From Octopus vulgaris (Eukaryota), in contig OX597836.1 in the NCBI GenBank assembly GCA_951406725.2, positions 4,960,001-5,024,000 on the forward strand: 64,000 bases of DNA, read 5' to 3'. Shown one piece after another: positions 41,741 to 56,330 of the stretch (positions are counted from its first letter, which is position 1; every line of letters starts with the position of its first letter). The position numbers were made by a program, and so were the translations under genes. The notes under the pieces are model-generated. The model did not search any database, was not told the origin of the DNA, and worked only from the letters and a program-made list of their open reading frames with translations.

Positions 41741-42213
41741 CAGCGAGTTAAGGATCGCATTGTCCAGATTTAGCCTCAACTAAACAACAACAACAACAAC
41801 AGCAACAGCAATAATTGCACATGCTAACGAGTGACCCAGTGCTCTACAAGAAACAGCAGCTGAAATCACATGTAATTAACGCCATACCCTCCGAAAATAT
41901 AAGATAAGGTACAATTTGATTAATTGGTGAGAAGGAAAGGTCAAGGCCGATGTGACTTGGATAAGATGTTGACTTGATTTACTCCAATTGAGCGTTGGTT
42001 AAAATCTGTAAAGTCGGATCCGAAAGAATTCGATTGAGATTCCATGTAATTCTTTCACTACAGACTGCAGGCACCAACAGAAACGTATTCATGCTGAACA
42101 TCATCTGCTTCAGTATAACAAATCTCGGAGTACCTGCAAAATTATAATTTCTCCAACAACATCTGACCACATACGTGTGTATATGTGTGTGTGTGTGTGT
42201 GTGCGGGTTAGAA

Positions 42214-42501
42214 TATGTATGTATGTATGTATGTATGTATATATGTATGTATGTGTGTGTATGTATGTATGAATGTATGTATGTATTTATGTATGTATGT
42301 ATGTATGTATGTATGTATGTATGTATGTATGTATGTATGTATGTATGTATGTATATTTATGTATGTATGTATGTATGTATTTATGTATGTCTGTATGTAT
42401 GTATGTATGTATGTATGTATGTATGTATGTATGTATGTATGTATGTATGAATGTATGTATGTATTTACGTATGTATGTATTATGTATGTGTGTATGTATG
42501 T
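42214..42501. repeat. (TATG)n microsatellite
   Basis: Directly visible. Confidence 0.97.
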
Positions 42502-42659
42502 ATAAATGAAATTCTATACGATTTTTTATCTCCTTCATTTGTTCCCCATAAATATTCTTCTTTCTTTCCATTTTTCTTTTTCTCTCACCCTTTCTCTCAC
42601 ATTTCTTGATATTCTCTTTCTTTAGTCTCTCTATCCTTCATTATCTCCCTTGTTACTTT

Positions 42660-43220
42660 CCCTCTGCCCCTTCCTCTCTCTCTCTCTCTCCCTTTCCCTC
42701 TCTCTAGTTCCTCCCCTAATTCTTCACTCCTTCTACCTCCTACCTCTCTCTGTTCCTTCCACGTAAACGGTGATCAGCTAAGCATAATCTTTCTTTCTCA
42801 GCCTGACCGCCGCCCGTACAACACCTTATTTTCCTGTCTCCCAACTTTCGTCTATGTTTGTGCTTCAAGGCTTTCCCGCCACACCTCAGCTCACCTTAAC
42901 TTGTCCTTATTAATCGAAAGACACCTGTTGTTATTCTCTTGTTATCAGTAATAGTAAACGTGTCACATTTTCTCCGTTTACTTCTTTTTTTTTTTTTTTT
43001 GCTGTGTTGTACACATTCGCTTGCTTTCTTCCCCAAAATTAATGGTCTTAGCCTAGATTTTTGGGTCCAGCCAATTTTGTACACTTTCAAGTGCAACAGT
43101 TAATTGGGAACTTGACTGATGAATAGAAGGCCACCAATGATTCGTCCTGGTTTTTCCTGTCTGTCTTTGTATCGTCTATCTAAGCGAATGCTTCCGTTAC
43201 GTTCTTATTTCGTTTTTTTT

Positions 43221-43276
<56 letters not shown>

Positions 43277-43440
43277 GTAAAAATATGCAGTAGAGGGCTT
43301 TAAAACGTTCGGACAGATAGAAGATATAAGGGCAGGCAAGAAAAACAACAACAAAAGGACAGACAAAACAAAGACGGTCATTCTTGGCTTTCTTTCATCA
43401 GTCAAGTCCTAGAAGTCACGACTATTTCGGGCAATACCTA
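42660..43440. mobile_element. Putative Penelope-like 3'/pLTR remnants in tail-to-tail orientation
   Basis: 43107-43200 matches the reverse complement of 43295-43410 (ACTTGACTGATGAA.AGAA.GCCA..AATGA). Confidence 0.4.
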
Positions 43441-43492
43441 TATATAGTATAGACAGAGATAATATAATGCAAGTATAACATAATACAATATG

Positions 43493-43543
<51 letters not shown>

Positions 43544-43615
43544 AGTGTATGATATATATATACATGATATAACGTATATATATATATGATATAACACACA
43601 CACGCACACACACAC

Positions 43616-43825
43616 TAGGGTTGCTGAATCGTTCCTAGCTTTAAGGTTATCACGGAACTCTGGCTAGATGCCCGACCTTCCGACTTCATTTAGAATGCTT
43701 CTAAAAGTCGAAGGACAGCTGCAATAAGTCTGCGAATCCAAGAGAGGAATCTGTTGAAGAAAACCATAATTATCCGATCCCCCTATATTTTCTTTTACCC
43801 AAAGCCAGGAACTTTTTAGAATGCT
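43616..43825. mobile_element. Mariner-type MITE (second copy at 58340-58526)
   Basis: Inverted ends GGGTTGCTGAATCGTTCCTAGCTTT / AAAGCCAGGAACTTTTTAG, and an interior homologous to 58340-58526. Confidence 0.65.
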
Positions 43826-43951
43826 GAGATTTTAAACTTTCTCTTGGTTCGATTTATTCTGGAATAATTGACACACACACCGGTTCGATTTCCATTCATT
43901 TACTTATTTATTTGTTTCTAAAATTATCCTTGCTTCTTGTAACCTCTTCAG

Positions 43952-44059
43952 TAATCATTGACTCTGTCCGCTATCGCCGATTTGTCTGTGAGACCTTGGC
44001 TTTCTATAAAAGTCTGTTTCGGTGCTGGAGTGCGACTGATACATTCAAACAGCGTGGGT
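43952..44059 (+). CDS. Candidate 108-nt symmetric (phase 1) exon IIDSVRYRRFVCETLAFYKSLFRCWSATDTFKQRG
   Basis: Acceptor ccttgcttcttgtaacctcttcAG and donor GTAAGT. Only one frame is open. Confidence 0.4.
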
Positions 44060-44337
44060 GTAAGTGTATCCGTTTGTGCGTGTGCAAAATAAGCTACGTA
44101 TATGTCGGACTACGAAGCAGGGTGAGCGAGACGGAAGCACAGAGGGGTGAGAAGGCTGCAGAGATATAAAAGATGGGGTGAAAAATGAGTTTAACTTTAT
44201 GGCGTGTGTATACTGTTAATCATGATGAATACGCCTATGTATATATATGTGTGTGTTTAAGTACATGTATATAAGAGAGCCAGGGAGTGTGAGAAGGAGG
44301 GTGGAGGGGGCAGAGGTGGAACGAAAGAACAAAGGAA

Positions 44338-44371
<34 letters not shown>

Positions 44372-44537
44372 TGAATTGTGTAGTTTGATATTATAATTAA
44401 TGAATGGTTTGGAGATGTCGGTGCTGTGTATAGAAGGTCGTGTGATAATAAATCATACGTTGGTGTCGGAGGTGAAGGTGCGGAGAAAGCCGACCGATAT
44501 CATGATTTATATGAAGCGGATGACTTTCAACGGACGT

Positions 44538-44679
44538 TTGATGATGACGACGACGACGACGACGACGATGATGATGATGATGATGACGTCGATGATGATG
44601 GTGGTGATGATGATGATGGCGACGACGACGACGATGACGATAATGGCGCTGATGATGATGATCATCGTCATCATGACGC

Positions 44680-44750
<71 letters not shown>

Positions 44751-44912
44751 ATAATTATGATGATGATGATGATGACGACGACGATGACGACGATGATGAT
44801 GGTGATGATGATGATGATGACAATGATTATGATGATGATGTTAATAATAATAACGGTGATGATGATGTTGATCTTGGTGATGATGACGACGACGCCAAAT
44901 GCTGTTGCTGCT

Positions 44913-44943
<31 letters not shown>

Positions 44944-44952
44944 ATGATGATC
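44538..44952. repeat. (GAT/GAC)n microsatellite
   Basis: Directly visible. Confidence 0.96.
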
Positions 44953-45619
44953 AGGAAAATGACAACGGTGGTGTCGATGATGAAGATGAGGTGAAAAGAG
45001 GAGACGACGATCGACATTGAGTGCATACAGCATGTTGGGTTAATAGGTTAAATGATTAATTTATCGACTGAAGGAAAATCAATCCATTGTGTGATTAAAG
45101 TTCTTAACACCGGGAGACCTGTAGGTTCAGAAGCTTCCACGATGACACAAACTCGGAAACAAAAAAAGACAAAACAAAAGATAGGAATAAAAACAGAAAA
45201 GAAAACTAAAAAAAAATACAGAAAGAAAACAGAAACACCAAAAACATAACAAAAGTAAGATGAAAAAATTTGCATTTATTGAAAGTAAAACAGTAATTCT
45301 ATATCGAAGTGTAGAGGACGAAGGCACCTCTGAGAGATCGACAATCCTGTGAGGCGAAGGTGGCCAGTTTGAGGATAAAATGTGTAACGAAAGGGTATCT
45401 GTGTAAAGATGAACAGTGTTTTCGATTTACAAGTGTACCGGATACTCTTGTCGATTCAAAAATCGGAGGTTCTAGAAGACACGGCTGAAGGGTGGTTTTT
45501 CCTTTGTTCCACTGCTCCGGTGAGAAAACTAAAAACACAAGGAAAACAAATATTATGATGGTATTCCGGCTGTTGTCTTCATTTAGGGAAAAACCTGTAG
45601 CGATTATTAATTAGTATTA

Positions 45620-45795
45620 AGGCAACGAGTTGGCAGAATTGATAGGACGCCGGGCACAATGCTTAGCGGCATTTCTCAGTTCGACTTTCACCATTGGCGA
45701 TCGATGAAGTAAGTAACAGTTGAGTAAAGGGGTCAATGCAATCTATGAAAAACCTTTTAAGAGCTTGCTGGCTTTATGTCATAATTTGAAACCAC

Positions 45796-45883
<88 letters not shown>

Positions 45884-47020
45884 ATTGTTAATTATTATCA
45901 TTAATTAATACTAATTAATAACACTAATTATTAATTAGTATTAAGGCAACGAGCCGGGAGAATTGATAGGACGCCGGGCACAATGCTTAGCGGCATTTCT
46001 GAGTTCGAATTCCACTGGAAAGGGATTCGCTTTTCATCATTTTGGGGATCGATGAAGTAAGTAACAGTTGCGTAATGGGGTCAATGCAATCGATCAAAAT
46101 CCTTTTACGAAATTGCTGGCCTTGTGTCATAATTTGAAACCAGCGTATTATTAGAAGGTGGCGAGCTGGCAGAAACGTTAACGCGCCGGGCGAAATGCAC
46201 AGCGGTATTTCGTCTGCCGTTACGTTCTGAGTTCAAATTCCGCCAAGGTCCACTTTGCCCTTCATCCTTTCGAGGTCGATAAATTAAGTACCAATTACGC
46301 ACTGGGGTCGATGTAATCGATTTAATCCCTTTGTCTGTCCTTGTTTGTCCCCTGTATGTTTAGCTCCTTGTTTGCAATAAAGAAATAAGAATCGTTGCTA
46401 CGCTGGTGAAAATGCTTAGCGGCGTTTCGTTCGTCTTTACCTTCTGAGTTCAAATTCCGCCGAGGTCGACTTTGCCTTTCATCCTTTCGGGGTCGATAGA
46501 TTAAGTACCAGTTAAGCACTGGAGTCGATCTAATCGGCTTAATTCCTTTGTCTGTCCTTGTTTGTCCCCTCTATATTTAGCCCCCTGTGGGCAATAAAGA
46601 AATAAAAATTGTTGCTACGCTGGTGAAAATGCTTAGCGGCATTTCGTCCGTTTTTACATCCTGATTTCAAATACAACCGAAGTCGACTTTAACAGTCATC
46701 ATTTCGAGGTCAATGAAATAAGTACTTGATACGTACTACGATCGAAAAAATCGACTAACCCCGTGCCACAAAATTTCAGGCCTTGTGCCTTCAATAGAAA
46801 GGGTTATTTTTCTTTACGAAAGCCGAGTGCTAGCGAATTCTTTAGGGCGTTGGTGAAAGACCAACCGGCATATCTTCTAGTTCCTTATCACTAGAATGCA
46901 AATTTCACCGAGGACATCTTTGCCTTTTCTGTATGCGGAAATACAGATCAGTTGTGCACTGGGGTGACTCTTTCCCCCCAAAAGGGGAGAAGAAATTGAG
47001 GCCTTGTAGCAAATGGGAAA
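45620..47020 (+). mobile_element. Tandem cluster of about six SINE family A copies of differing divergence
   Basis: Copies begin near 45620, 45943, 46156, 46390, 46608 and 46820. Confidence 0.85.
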
Positions 47021-47028
47021 TGATTCTT

Positions 47029-47059
<31 letters not shown>

Positions 47060-47117
47060 TTATTCTTATTATTATTATTATTATTATTATTAATATTTTC
47101 ATTATTTCTTTTTTTCT

Positions 47118-47423
47118 AATTTTCTTCCATTTCTCGCCGAGTGATTTCCGTACACCTTCGGGCAGAGAAGCTCACTGTATGCATTCCCAGATTTCACACG
47201 AAAATTCAGAGATAAATAATTGTATTAAAAAAAAAAATTATTAAATAAATAAATTCGTGAATGGATGTTGTTTTCACAGCGTTAATGCTCTTCTCAGTAT
47301 ATGAGTCGTTCCAGTTAACACGAATTTTGGCACTTCCTGTAGGGATGGTGAGTCTGGTATCATTTTCAAATAGGTTTCAGTACATTTTTTATCATTCCTA
47401 GATATCCTACAATAACTGGTACT

Positions 47424-47428
<5 letters not shown>
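47118..47428 (-). mobile_element. 3' end of an RLE-type (R4/Dong-like) non-LTR retrotransposon
   Basis: Minus-strand TVPVIVGYLGMIK / TETYLKMIPDSPSLQEVPKFVLTGTTHILRRALTL* with a 3' UTR, embedded in (TAT)n. Confidence 0.8.
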
Positions 47429-47680
<252 letters not shown>

Positions 47681-48013
47681 GACGTTGCTGCTATTCTTGC
47701 TAATAGTTTGCGATTTAATCCTTCCTGTACTTTTTTTTCTTTCCTCTCAGCAAAGATCATATAACAACAGCGTGACATATTTCCTTTTCCTTTTTTTTTT
47801 TTTGTTTTCTCTTTTATCCCTTATAAACTTCCGATTAAGGGCGATCACATCCACGAACGATACGGAGAGATAAAGCGATTAAACAGTTCTCATTGGTGTG
47901 TGTTTGTAGCGTTAGTGGACTGCAGCGAATATATAAAAGCTATTTCGACCACTCACAATATATCGATTGCCGGGGCAGAAATTAATTGGATAAAATGATA
48001 CGCCATCATGTGC

Positions 48014-48099
<86 letters not shown>

Positions 48100-48181
48100 T
48101 ATATACATGTATATACATGTATATACGTAATTGTATATACATACATATATATCTATATGTATATGTATATGTACATACATA

Positions 48182-48276
<95 letters not shown>

Positions 48277-48281
48277 GTATG

Positions 48282-48331
<50 letters not shown>

Positions 48332-48348
48332 GTGTGGTACACATATAC

Positions 48349-48384
<36 letters not shown>

Positions 48385-48413
48385 GTATGTATGTAAGCAC
48401 ACTCACACACACT

Positions 48414-48477
<64 letters not shown>

Positions 48478-48837
48478 AGTACTTACACACTGTAACAAGA
48501 TACTCTTTTCTATATTTGTGTGTATGTGTGAGTGAGTTTGTTCTAAGTGTGTGCGTACGTGTGTTTGCTTGTAAAGATATTTTGATAAGATGATCCAAAA
48601 CGTGTCCGCAGCTTACTTTGGTCACTCAAAACGCCGTTTCATCGGAGATACAAATTGGTATATCCGATATCTGCTCTGATCCTGCACCTTTCGTCCATTA
48701 ACAGGTTTTGATGTATCGAATTAGTTCTGTAATTCATAACAGAAATCTATTGAAAGCGTGGTAGTGGTTTCATGATGTAGCTATCTTAGGATAAACAAAG
48801 ACATATATATATATATATATATATCATGTAAGGATTA

Positions 48838-48895
48838 TAGCCTAGTGGTTAAGAGCGTGGGCTACTAACCCCAAGATTCCGAGTTCGATTTATCG
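48838..48895 (+). pseudogene. tRNA-like SINE head / tRNA pseudogene fragment
   Basis: TAGCCTAGTGGTTAAGAGCG (A box) and GAGTTCGATT (B box). The 3' acceptor stem is missing. Confidence 0.6.
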
Positions 48896-49279
48896 AGCCA
48901 GAAAAGATAAAAATTTGGAAGATTAAGCACGTGTCGGCATCGGAACACATGTTAAGAATATCCTGGACGAATAACAGAAAAAAACGTCTTATCTGATTCG
49001 CAAAAGATGCGACAAATTCATCCGGGAATACACTTTGGATGACATCTATCCGGTACCGTAAGTTTGGGCAGAATAGATGGGGGTTGTCAGTGCTAGGATG
49101 ACTTGGATCATACGTGTGCTGCTTCACATTGACCTGGGGCTAAAAGAGAGGAGAAATGTGCTAAGCATTATACCACCAGCAACAGTAAACTCAAGAGAGA
49201 TGATGTTGCATCCATTTCATTAAGTTTTCACTCGTAATCAACAGAATTTACATCATAATTAACTCCAACATCATCATCG

Positions 49280-49281
49280 TA

Positions 49282-49313
<32 letters not shown>

Positions 49314-49354
49314 CATTATTATTATTATTAATGTTATCATTATTATTATTATTA

Positions 49355-49425
<71 letters not shown>

Positions 49426-49429
49426 GTTC

Positions 49430-49460
<31 letters not shown>

Positions 49461-49596
49461 ATAATTATTGTTATTATTATTATTATTGTTGTTATTATTA
49501 TTATTATAATCATCATCATCGTAATTATTATTATCATCATCATTTTTCTTCTTTTTCTTCTTCTTCTTCTTATTATTATTATATAATAATAATAAC

Positions 49597-49644
<48 letters not shown>

Positions 49645-49720
49645 CATAAATGCTCGTGGGAATTGATGATGTCTCGTTATCTTTTTAATGAATAACTAAC
49701 TGAGAAAACACAATGAGAAA

Positions 49721-49758
<38 letters not shown>

Positions 49759-49760
49759 AT
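49280..49760. repeat. (TAT)n/(TAC)n microsatellites
   Basis: Directly visible. Confidence 0.95.
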
Positions 49761-50769
49761 ACTACTAAATTCCACTGTGACGCCCAGGCTAGTATCACTA
49801 CTGCTAGTAACAATTCTACAGTCATCATCATCATCAATATCATTATTGTCACCATCATCACCTTCACCGCCGCCACCACCACTACAACCACAAACAAAAA
49901 TAACGAACAACTATATCAACAACAGCAGCAGCAGCAGGAATAATTGCGACCACCATAGCCATTGCTGAAACCTCTATGTGGTCGTTTTATCCCGACATGC
50001 TAAGAATAGCAGCGAAATCAAATTCCAAACACGCCGTTCTTAGAGAAACAAGAAAATTGCAGCAGAGGTGAGTGATAGTCGTGCAAGACGTGGCATGCAG
50101 ACCATGATATAACTTGTTTGCGTTTCTGTTCCTCACTTCCGTTTTATTTTGACATGAGCATTGTGTGTGTATTCTCTTCCGTTTTACGAATTCAGTGCGC
50201 ATTGTGTGTTCATACTTCTCTGTCCGGTTCCTACTCAAAACTCTTTATAGATCACAACCGTCTCACAGACCTGCGGTTGTGAGGTGAACACCGCGCTCCG
50301 ATTGTTGTGTAACAGTACACTATATAACGGAACTGCCATGATTTCCTGACAGATCGAGGAAATATGAAATGATCATAGATGACCGGTCTGGCTGCCTTAG
50401 GCCTATACAAAGAAAACAAACAATAAAAATAAACGGTTACAATAGCCGGCTTCTGGATGAGCAGTCTTGAACACAATGGAATTTTGCCATGTTTTTTGGT
50501 ATATTTTGTCATTTCATATCTCACATAATAGGACGCATGCATTTCGTGATTACACGTAAAGGGTTTTTTTCTCTCAAAAATCTCTTTCTGAAAGCCCTGC
50601 CCAACAACAACCACAACAATCATGATCAACACTGCTACTACCACAGTTGGTACACCGACGGCCACCACATCATCCACTACCACGACAACCCACACCCATT
50701 TGTAACAAGAACTACATAAACAGTAGCAACAATAGCTGCTATGTCAACGTTATAAACATCAAATGAATA

Positions 50770-50965
50770 ATCCTTCCTACGAAAGGCAGAAGGCCTGAAA
50801 TTTGGGCGAGGGTATTTAATTTGGGCAACTGGTATTTAATTTATTGACCCGCGAAATGATGAAAGACAAAATCGACGTCGGCAGAATTTGAACTCAGAAC
50901 GTAGCAACAGGAGAAATACCGCAAGAATTCTGTCCAGCGTGCTAACGATGCTGCCAGTTCGATGT
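50770..50965 (-). mobile_element. SINE family A variant, diverged
   Basis: GAATTTGAACTCAGAACGTAGC...GCTAACGATGCTGCCAG. Confidence 0.75.
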
Positions 50966-51000
50966 CTTTCTAAACATCAACTAAATAATAATAAGAGATT

Positions 51001-51485
51001 AGGCGCGTGGCTCAATGGTTTGGATGATGGATGTAAGATTTCGATTTCGATTCCTGGACAGACCGACGCGTCATGGTTTTGAGTAAAACACTTCATTTCA
51101 CGTTGATCTCGTCCACTCGGACATAAAAAGGGTAACTTTGAGACGGATTGGTGTGCAAGGGTGAGATGGTAACTCAGGAACGTCACCCGAACGGAGATTT
51201 TGTGAGCCACGATTAACATTTAAGGATTGAAATGGTGAATGATACGACCCTAATCTTATACACTCATAGCAACCGTTTCCCGGATTTTTTAGGGTACACA
51301 CTCCCCCAAATGGGTGAGAAGACGTTGCATCGCAGGATTACTGATTTTCGCGAGATGTATTGACGGGAGGGACGTGAAGTGAAGTTCTTTGTTAAAGATC
51401 ACAAAACTTTGCCCCGTCCAGTTATAGAAACTACAATCTCACGACCAGGAACACAACACCTTTACAACTAAGTCAGACGGTTCCA
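51001..51485. mobile_element. Two degenerate CORE-SINE heads in inverted orientation
   Basis: + strand GGCGCGTGGCTCAATGG..TTCGATTCC..AAACACTTCATTTCACGT and reverse ACGTGAAGTGAAGTTCTTTG at ~51372. Confidence 0.5.
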
Positions 51486-51549
51486 CAATTCACAACAACA
51501 ACATACAATAACAGCACCAAATACAAATTGTACAACAAATATCCTTTAT

Positions 51550-51997
51550 TTTTCTATTTTTTACATGTTTCATTCATTAGGCTGTGGACATGCTGGAGCA
51601 CTTCTTCGAGAAACTTTTAGTAGAATAAATCGACTGCAGAATTTATATTCTTGTTAAACCTCTTACTCAATCTATTGGTCTCTTTCGCCTAACCGCCACG
51701 TTACGGGGATATAAACACACCAGCACCGGTTGTCAAATGGTGGTAGTGGTATTAATGGTGTAGGGGCAACACAGCCACAACGACACACACATACATACCG
51801 TTTATTGTTACCGTTTACACATATATATACACGACAGGCTTCTTTCAGTTTCCATCTATAATATCCACTTACAAGACTTTGGTTTGCGTGAGGCTATGGT
51901 AGAAAACACTTGCTCAAGGTGCAACGCACAGGGACTGAACACAGAACCCTGTGGTTAGGAAGCAAGCTTCTTCCCCCACAGCTTCTCCTGCACCTGT
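51550..51997 (-). mobile_element. SINE family B
   Basis: CATGCTGGAGCAC...CTTCTTTCAGTTTCC...ACACTTGCTCAAGGTGC..GGGACTGAAC. Confidence 0.8.
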
Positions 51998-52367
51998 ACA
52001 GCAACAGTATTAGCATACGTAACAATAGAAACGCAGATAACAAGAACAACATGTAGAACAAGAGAAGCAAAGATAACAAACAATAAACACAGCTTCAAAT
52101 AAAATTTATACAACAACTAATAATAACAAATAAAAACAGAAGCAGTAATGTGCATGAAGCTTAACAACAGCAACAAATATAATAAGCAAATAGAAGAAGA
52201 ACAACAAGAAGAACAGTGGCAAATGTGTACAACAAGAATAATAAGACCAATATCGAGTGTGACAATGGAAACAAAAATAAAAGAACAGGATTACAAGAAG
52301 GATAAGGATGGAAGCAACAAATGGAACAAACACGAGTTCAGCGTCAACAACAACAACAACAACAACA

Positions 52368-53715
<1,348 letters not shown>

Positions 53716-53735
53716 TAATAATAATAATAATAATG

Positions 53736-53778
<43 letters not shown>

Positions 53779-54289
53779 TAATAATATAAAAAGATTTGTG
53801 TTGTAACAACAAGCGTGAAGCGTTGCAAAACAAATAATGTAACAACAACAACAGCAATAACAACAACAAGAAGATGGAATACCATAGCCAACAGCAAAGA
53901 TAATAACAAACTTTAAATATAAACAACATCAGAGTACTAACAACAACAACAACAACTACAACCACAACCACAACGATAACAACAGCAACAACAACACCAT
54001 GAAGAAGGAGAAACAAGTCCAACCACAACGGGAATCCAGAGAAATGTGACTAGCAAAAGAAACAATATGGTAATCTAATGAGGAATGCTGGGATAGCTAT
54101 AGAAATATTTCACAGCATCGCATCTAATACGGAACCGCCATCGCCACACCCCAGGACCCCACAACCCGCCATTTGTATTCGATCGCCATCGCACACACCG
54201 CCGCCATTACATCGTTTATAAAACTCATTTATAACACTACAAACAGCGTCGGCGTTGCCAACGCCGCCTACGAAGTCACCCCCCCCCAC

Positions 54290-55350
54290 CCCCCACCGAT
54301 ATCACCGTCCCACCGACCACCACCATCGACGCCACCGCCGCCACTGCCACCACAACCACCTCCACAAACAACATCACTACCATCGCCACCATCGCCTATT
54401 CTACGGCATCGCTACCACTACAACTATCAAATCAACTACAACTACCACCACCACCAACAACAACAACAACAACACAAACACTACAATCACCAATACCACT
54501 ATGACCACCGTCTCCTAGACTACGACCATCACAACCACCACCACCACCACCACCAATACTACCATCAACACCACCACTACTGTCACCATTGCTACCACTA
54601 CCGCAACCACAAACACTTCAACTACAACAACCACCACTTTCATCAACACCAACCCTATCACCAATGCCACCAACAACAACAAAACCAACGCCACTACCAC
54701 CACCACCAAGACAAACACCACCTCCAATACCGCCGTCACCACTACCAGTACTGCTAACAACATCCCTATCGCTACCAAAATCAACACCACCACCACCACC
54801 GCCGATTCCTCCACCACCAGCACCAAGTGTTCCTATACTAGCACCATCACAAATAATATAATGAAAATCAATACCACCACCACGACCACCACTATCAATT
54901 CCTCTACCATCGTCATACCATCTGAAGAGAATAACATCTTCATCACGATCTAACTTAGCGCGTTAAACTACCATCACCGTCAACACCACCACCACCACCA
55001 CTACAAACACCACCACGACCACCGCAACCATTAACACTACTACCACCGACATCGCCAACACCAACACTACCACTACCACATCTACTATCACCACCAGCGT
55101 CACCACCATCACCAAGAACAACAACAACACAACCAATATCATCACTAACACCGCCACCACCGCTACTACTACCAGCACCTTCATAGCCACCACCACCACC
55201 ACCACCACCATCATTACCAAAATCACTACCACCACCGCCATCATTAGCGCCACCACCAACCCCCCCATTCCTCATTACTACCACCACCACCACCACCACC
55301 ACCACCACCACAATCACCACTATGCCTAGCACCACCTTCACCCCCACACA
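54290..55350. repeat. Degenerate (ACC/ACT/ACA)n low-complexity domain
   Basis: Directly visible. Confidence 0.9.
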
Positions 55351-55617
55351 ACAATGGCTACGTGAATTCCTTACACCTTTTCTTTGGGCCTTGAACATGT
55401 GTAATTTATCAAATGATAAAAGTACACGAGGTCGGCTCTCAAGGGGAGTCATTCTAAGTGCTAGAAATAGCAGCTGTCAACTATCTCGCAAATTATGGAA
55501 CAACGTGTGAATTAAGACCAGGCCTCCATGGAAGCTTTTGTGATTACTAAAACTAAATGTCAAACCCCTCTCAAATTAGGCACGAAGAGCAAATTACGGG
55601 CAGGTCTCTATGGCTCA

Positions 55618-56147
55618 TTTGTAATTACTAGAAATAGCTGTGAAACCCCTCTCAAATTATGCACGAAGACTGATCTAAGTGCTTTCCTCAATAACTCGTT
55701 TGTAAATACTAGAAATAGCTGTCGAGCTTCTCTCAAATTATGCACAAAAGTAAATTAAGGGCAGGTCGCTATGGTTCATTTGTAATTACTAGAAATAGCT
55801 GTGAAACCCCTCTCAAATTATGCACGAATACTGATCTAAGTGATTTCCTCAATAACTCGTTTGTAAATACTAGAAATAGCTGTCGAGCTTCTCTCAAATT
55901 ATGCACAAAAGTAAATTAAGGGCAGGTCGCTATGGTTCATTTGTAATTACTAGAAATAGCTGTGAAACCCCTCTCAAATTATGCACGAAGACTGATCTAA
56001 GTGATTTCCTCAATAACTCGTTTGTAAATACTAGAAATAGCTGTCAAGCTTCTCTCAAATTATGCACAAAAGTAAATTAAGGGCAGGTCGCTATGGTTCA
56101 TTTGTAATTACTAGAAATAGCTGTGAAACCCCTCTCAAATTATGCAC
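55618..56147. repeat. Tandem array of alternating 81- and 80-bp monomers (161-bp higher-order unit)
   Basis: CTAGAAATAGCTGT at 55628, 55709, 55789, 55870, 55950, 56031 and 56111, with degenerate monomers at ~55461, ~55547, ~56380 and ~56514. Confidence 0.95.
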
Positions 56148-56159
56148 ATCATGCACTTT

Positions 56160-56330
56160 GCTTGACGCCAGTGTTGGTGTGATTACGTCTCCGTAAATTA
56201 GCGATTCGGCGAAAGAGACCGATAGAATACGTACGTGGCTTACAAAGAGTAAGTTCAGGAGTTGATTTGTTCGACTAAACGCGGCACTCCAGCGTGGTCA
56301 CGGTTGGGTGGCTGAAACAGATAAAACAGT
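56160..56330 (+). mobile_element. SINE family B tail
   Basis: CTTGAC...TTAGCGATTCGGCGAAAGAGACCGATAGAATA...CTCCAGC. Confidence 0.75.

Noticed and set aside
44400-45020. Met-rich (reflectin-like) or Asp-rich biomineralisation protein
   Set aside because: Pure (GAT)n expansion with no reflectin motif or exon structure.
45299-45538. Minus-strand ORF or Ig-like peptide (RYTFYPQTGHLRLTGL)
   Set aside because: No DxGxYxC follows and the splice donor is weak.
48838-48895. Functional tRNA gene
   Set aside because: The acceptor stem is incomplete, consistent with a SINE head. Other SINE heads were excluded on the same grounds.
55618-56147. CRISPR array
   Set aside because: The apparent spacers alternate between two sequences, the repeat itself alternates, there are no cas genes, and the context is eukaryotic.
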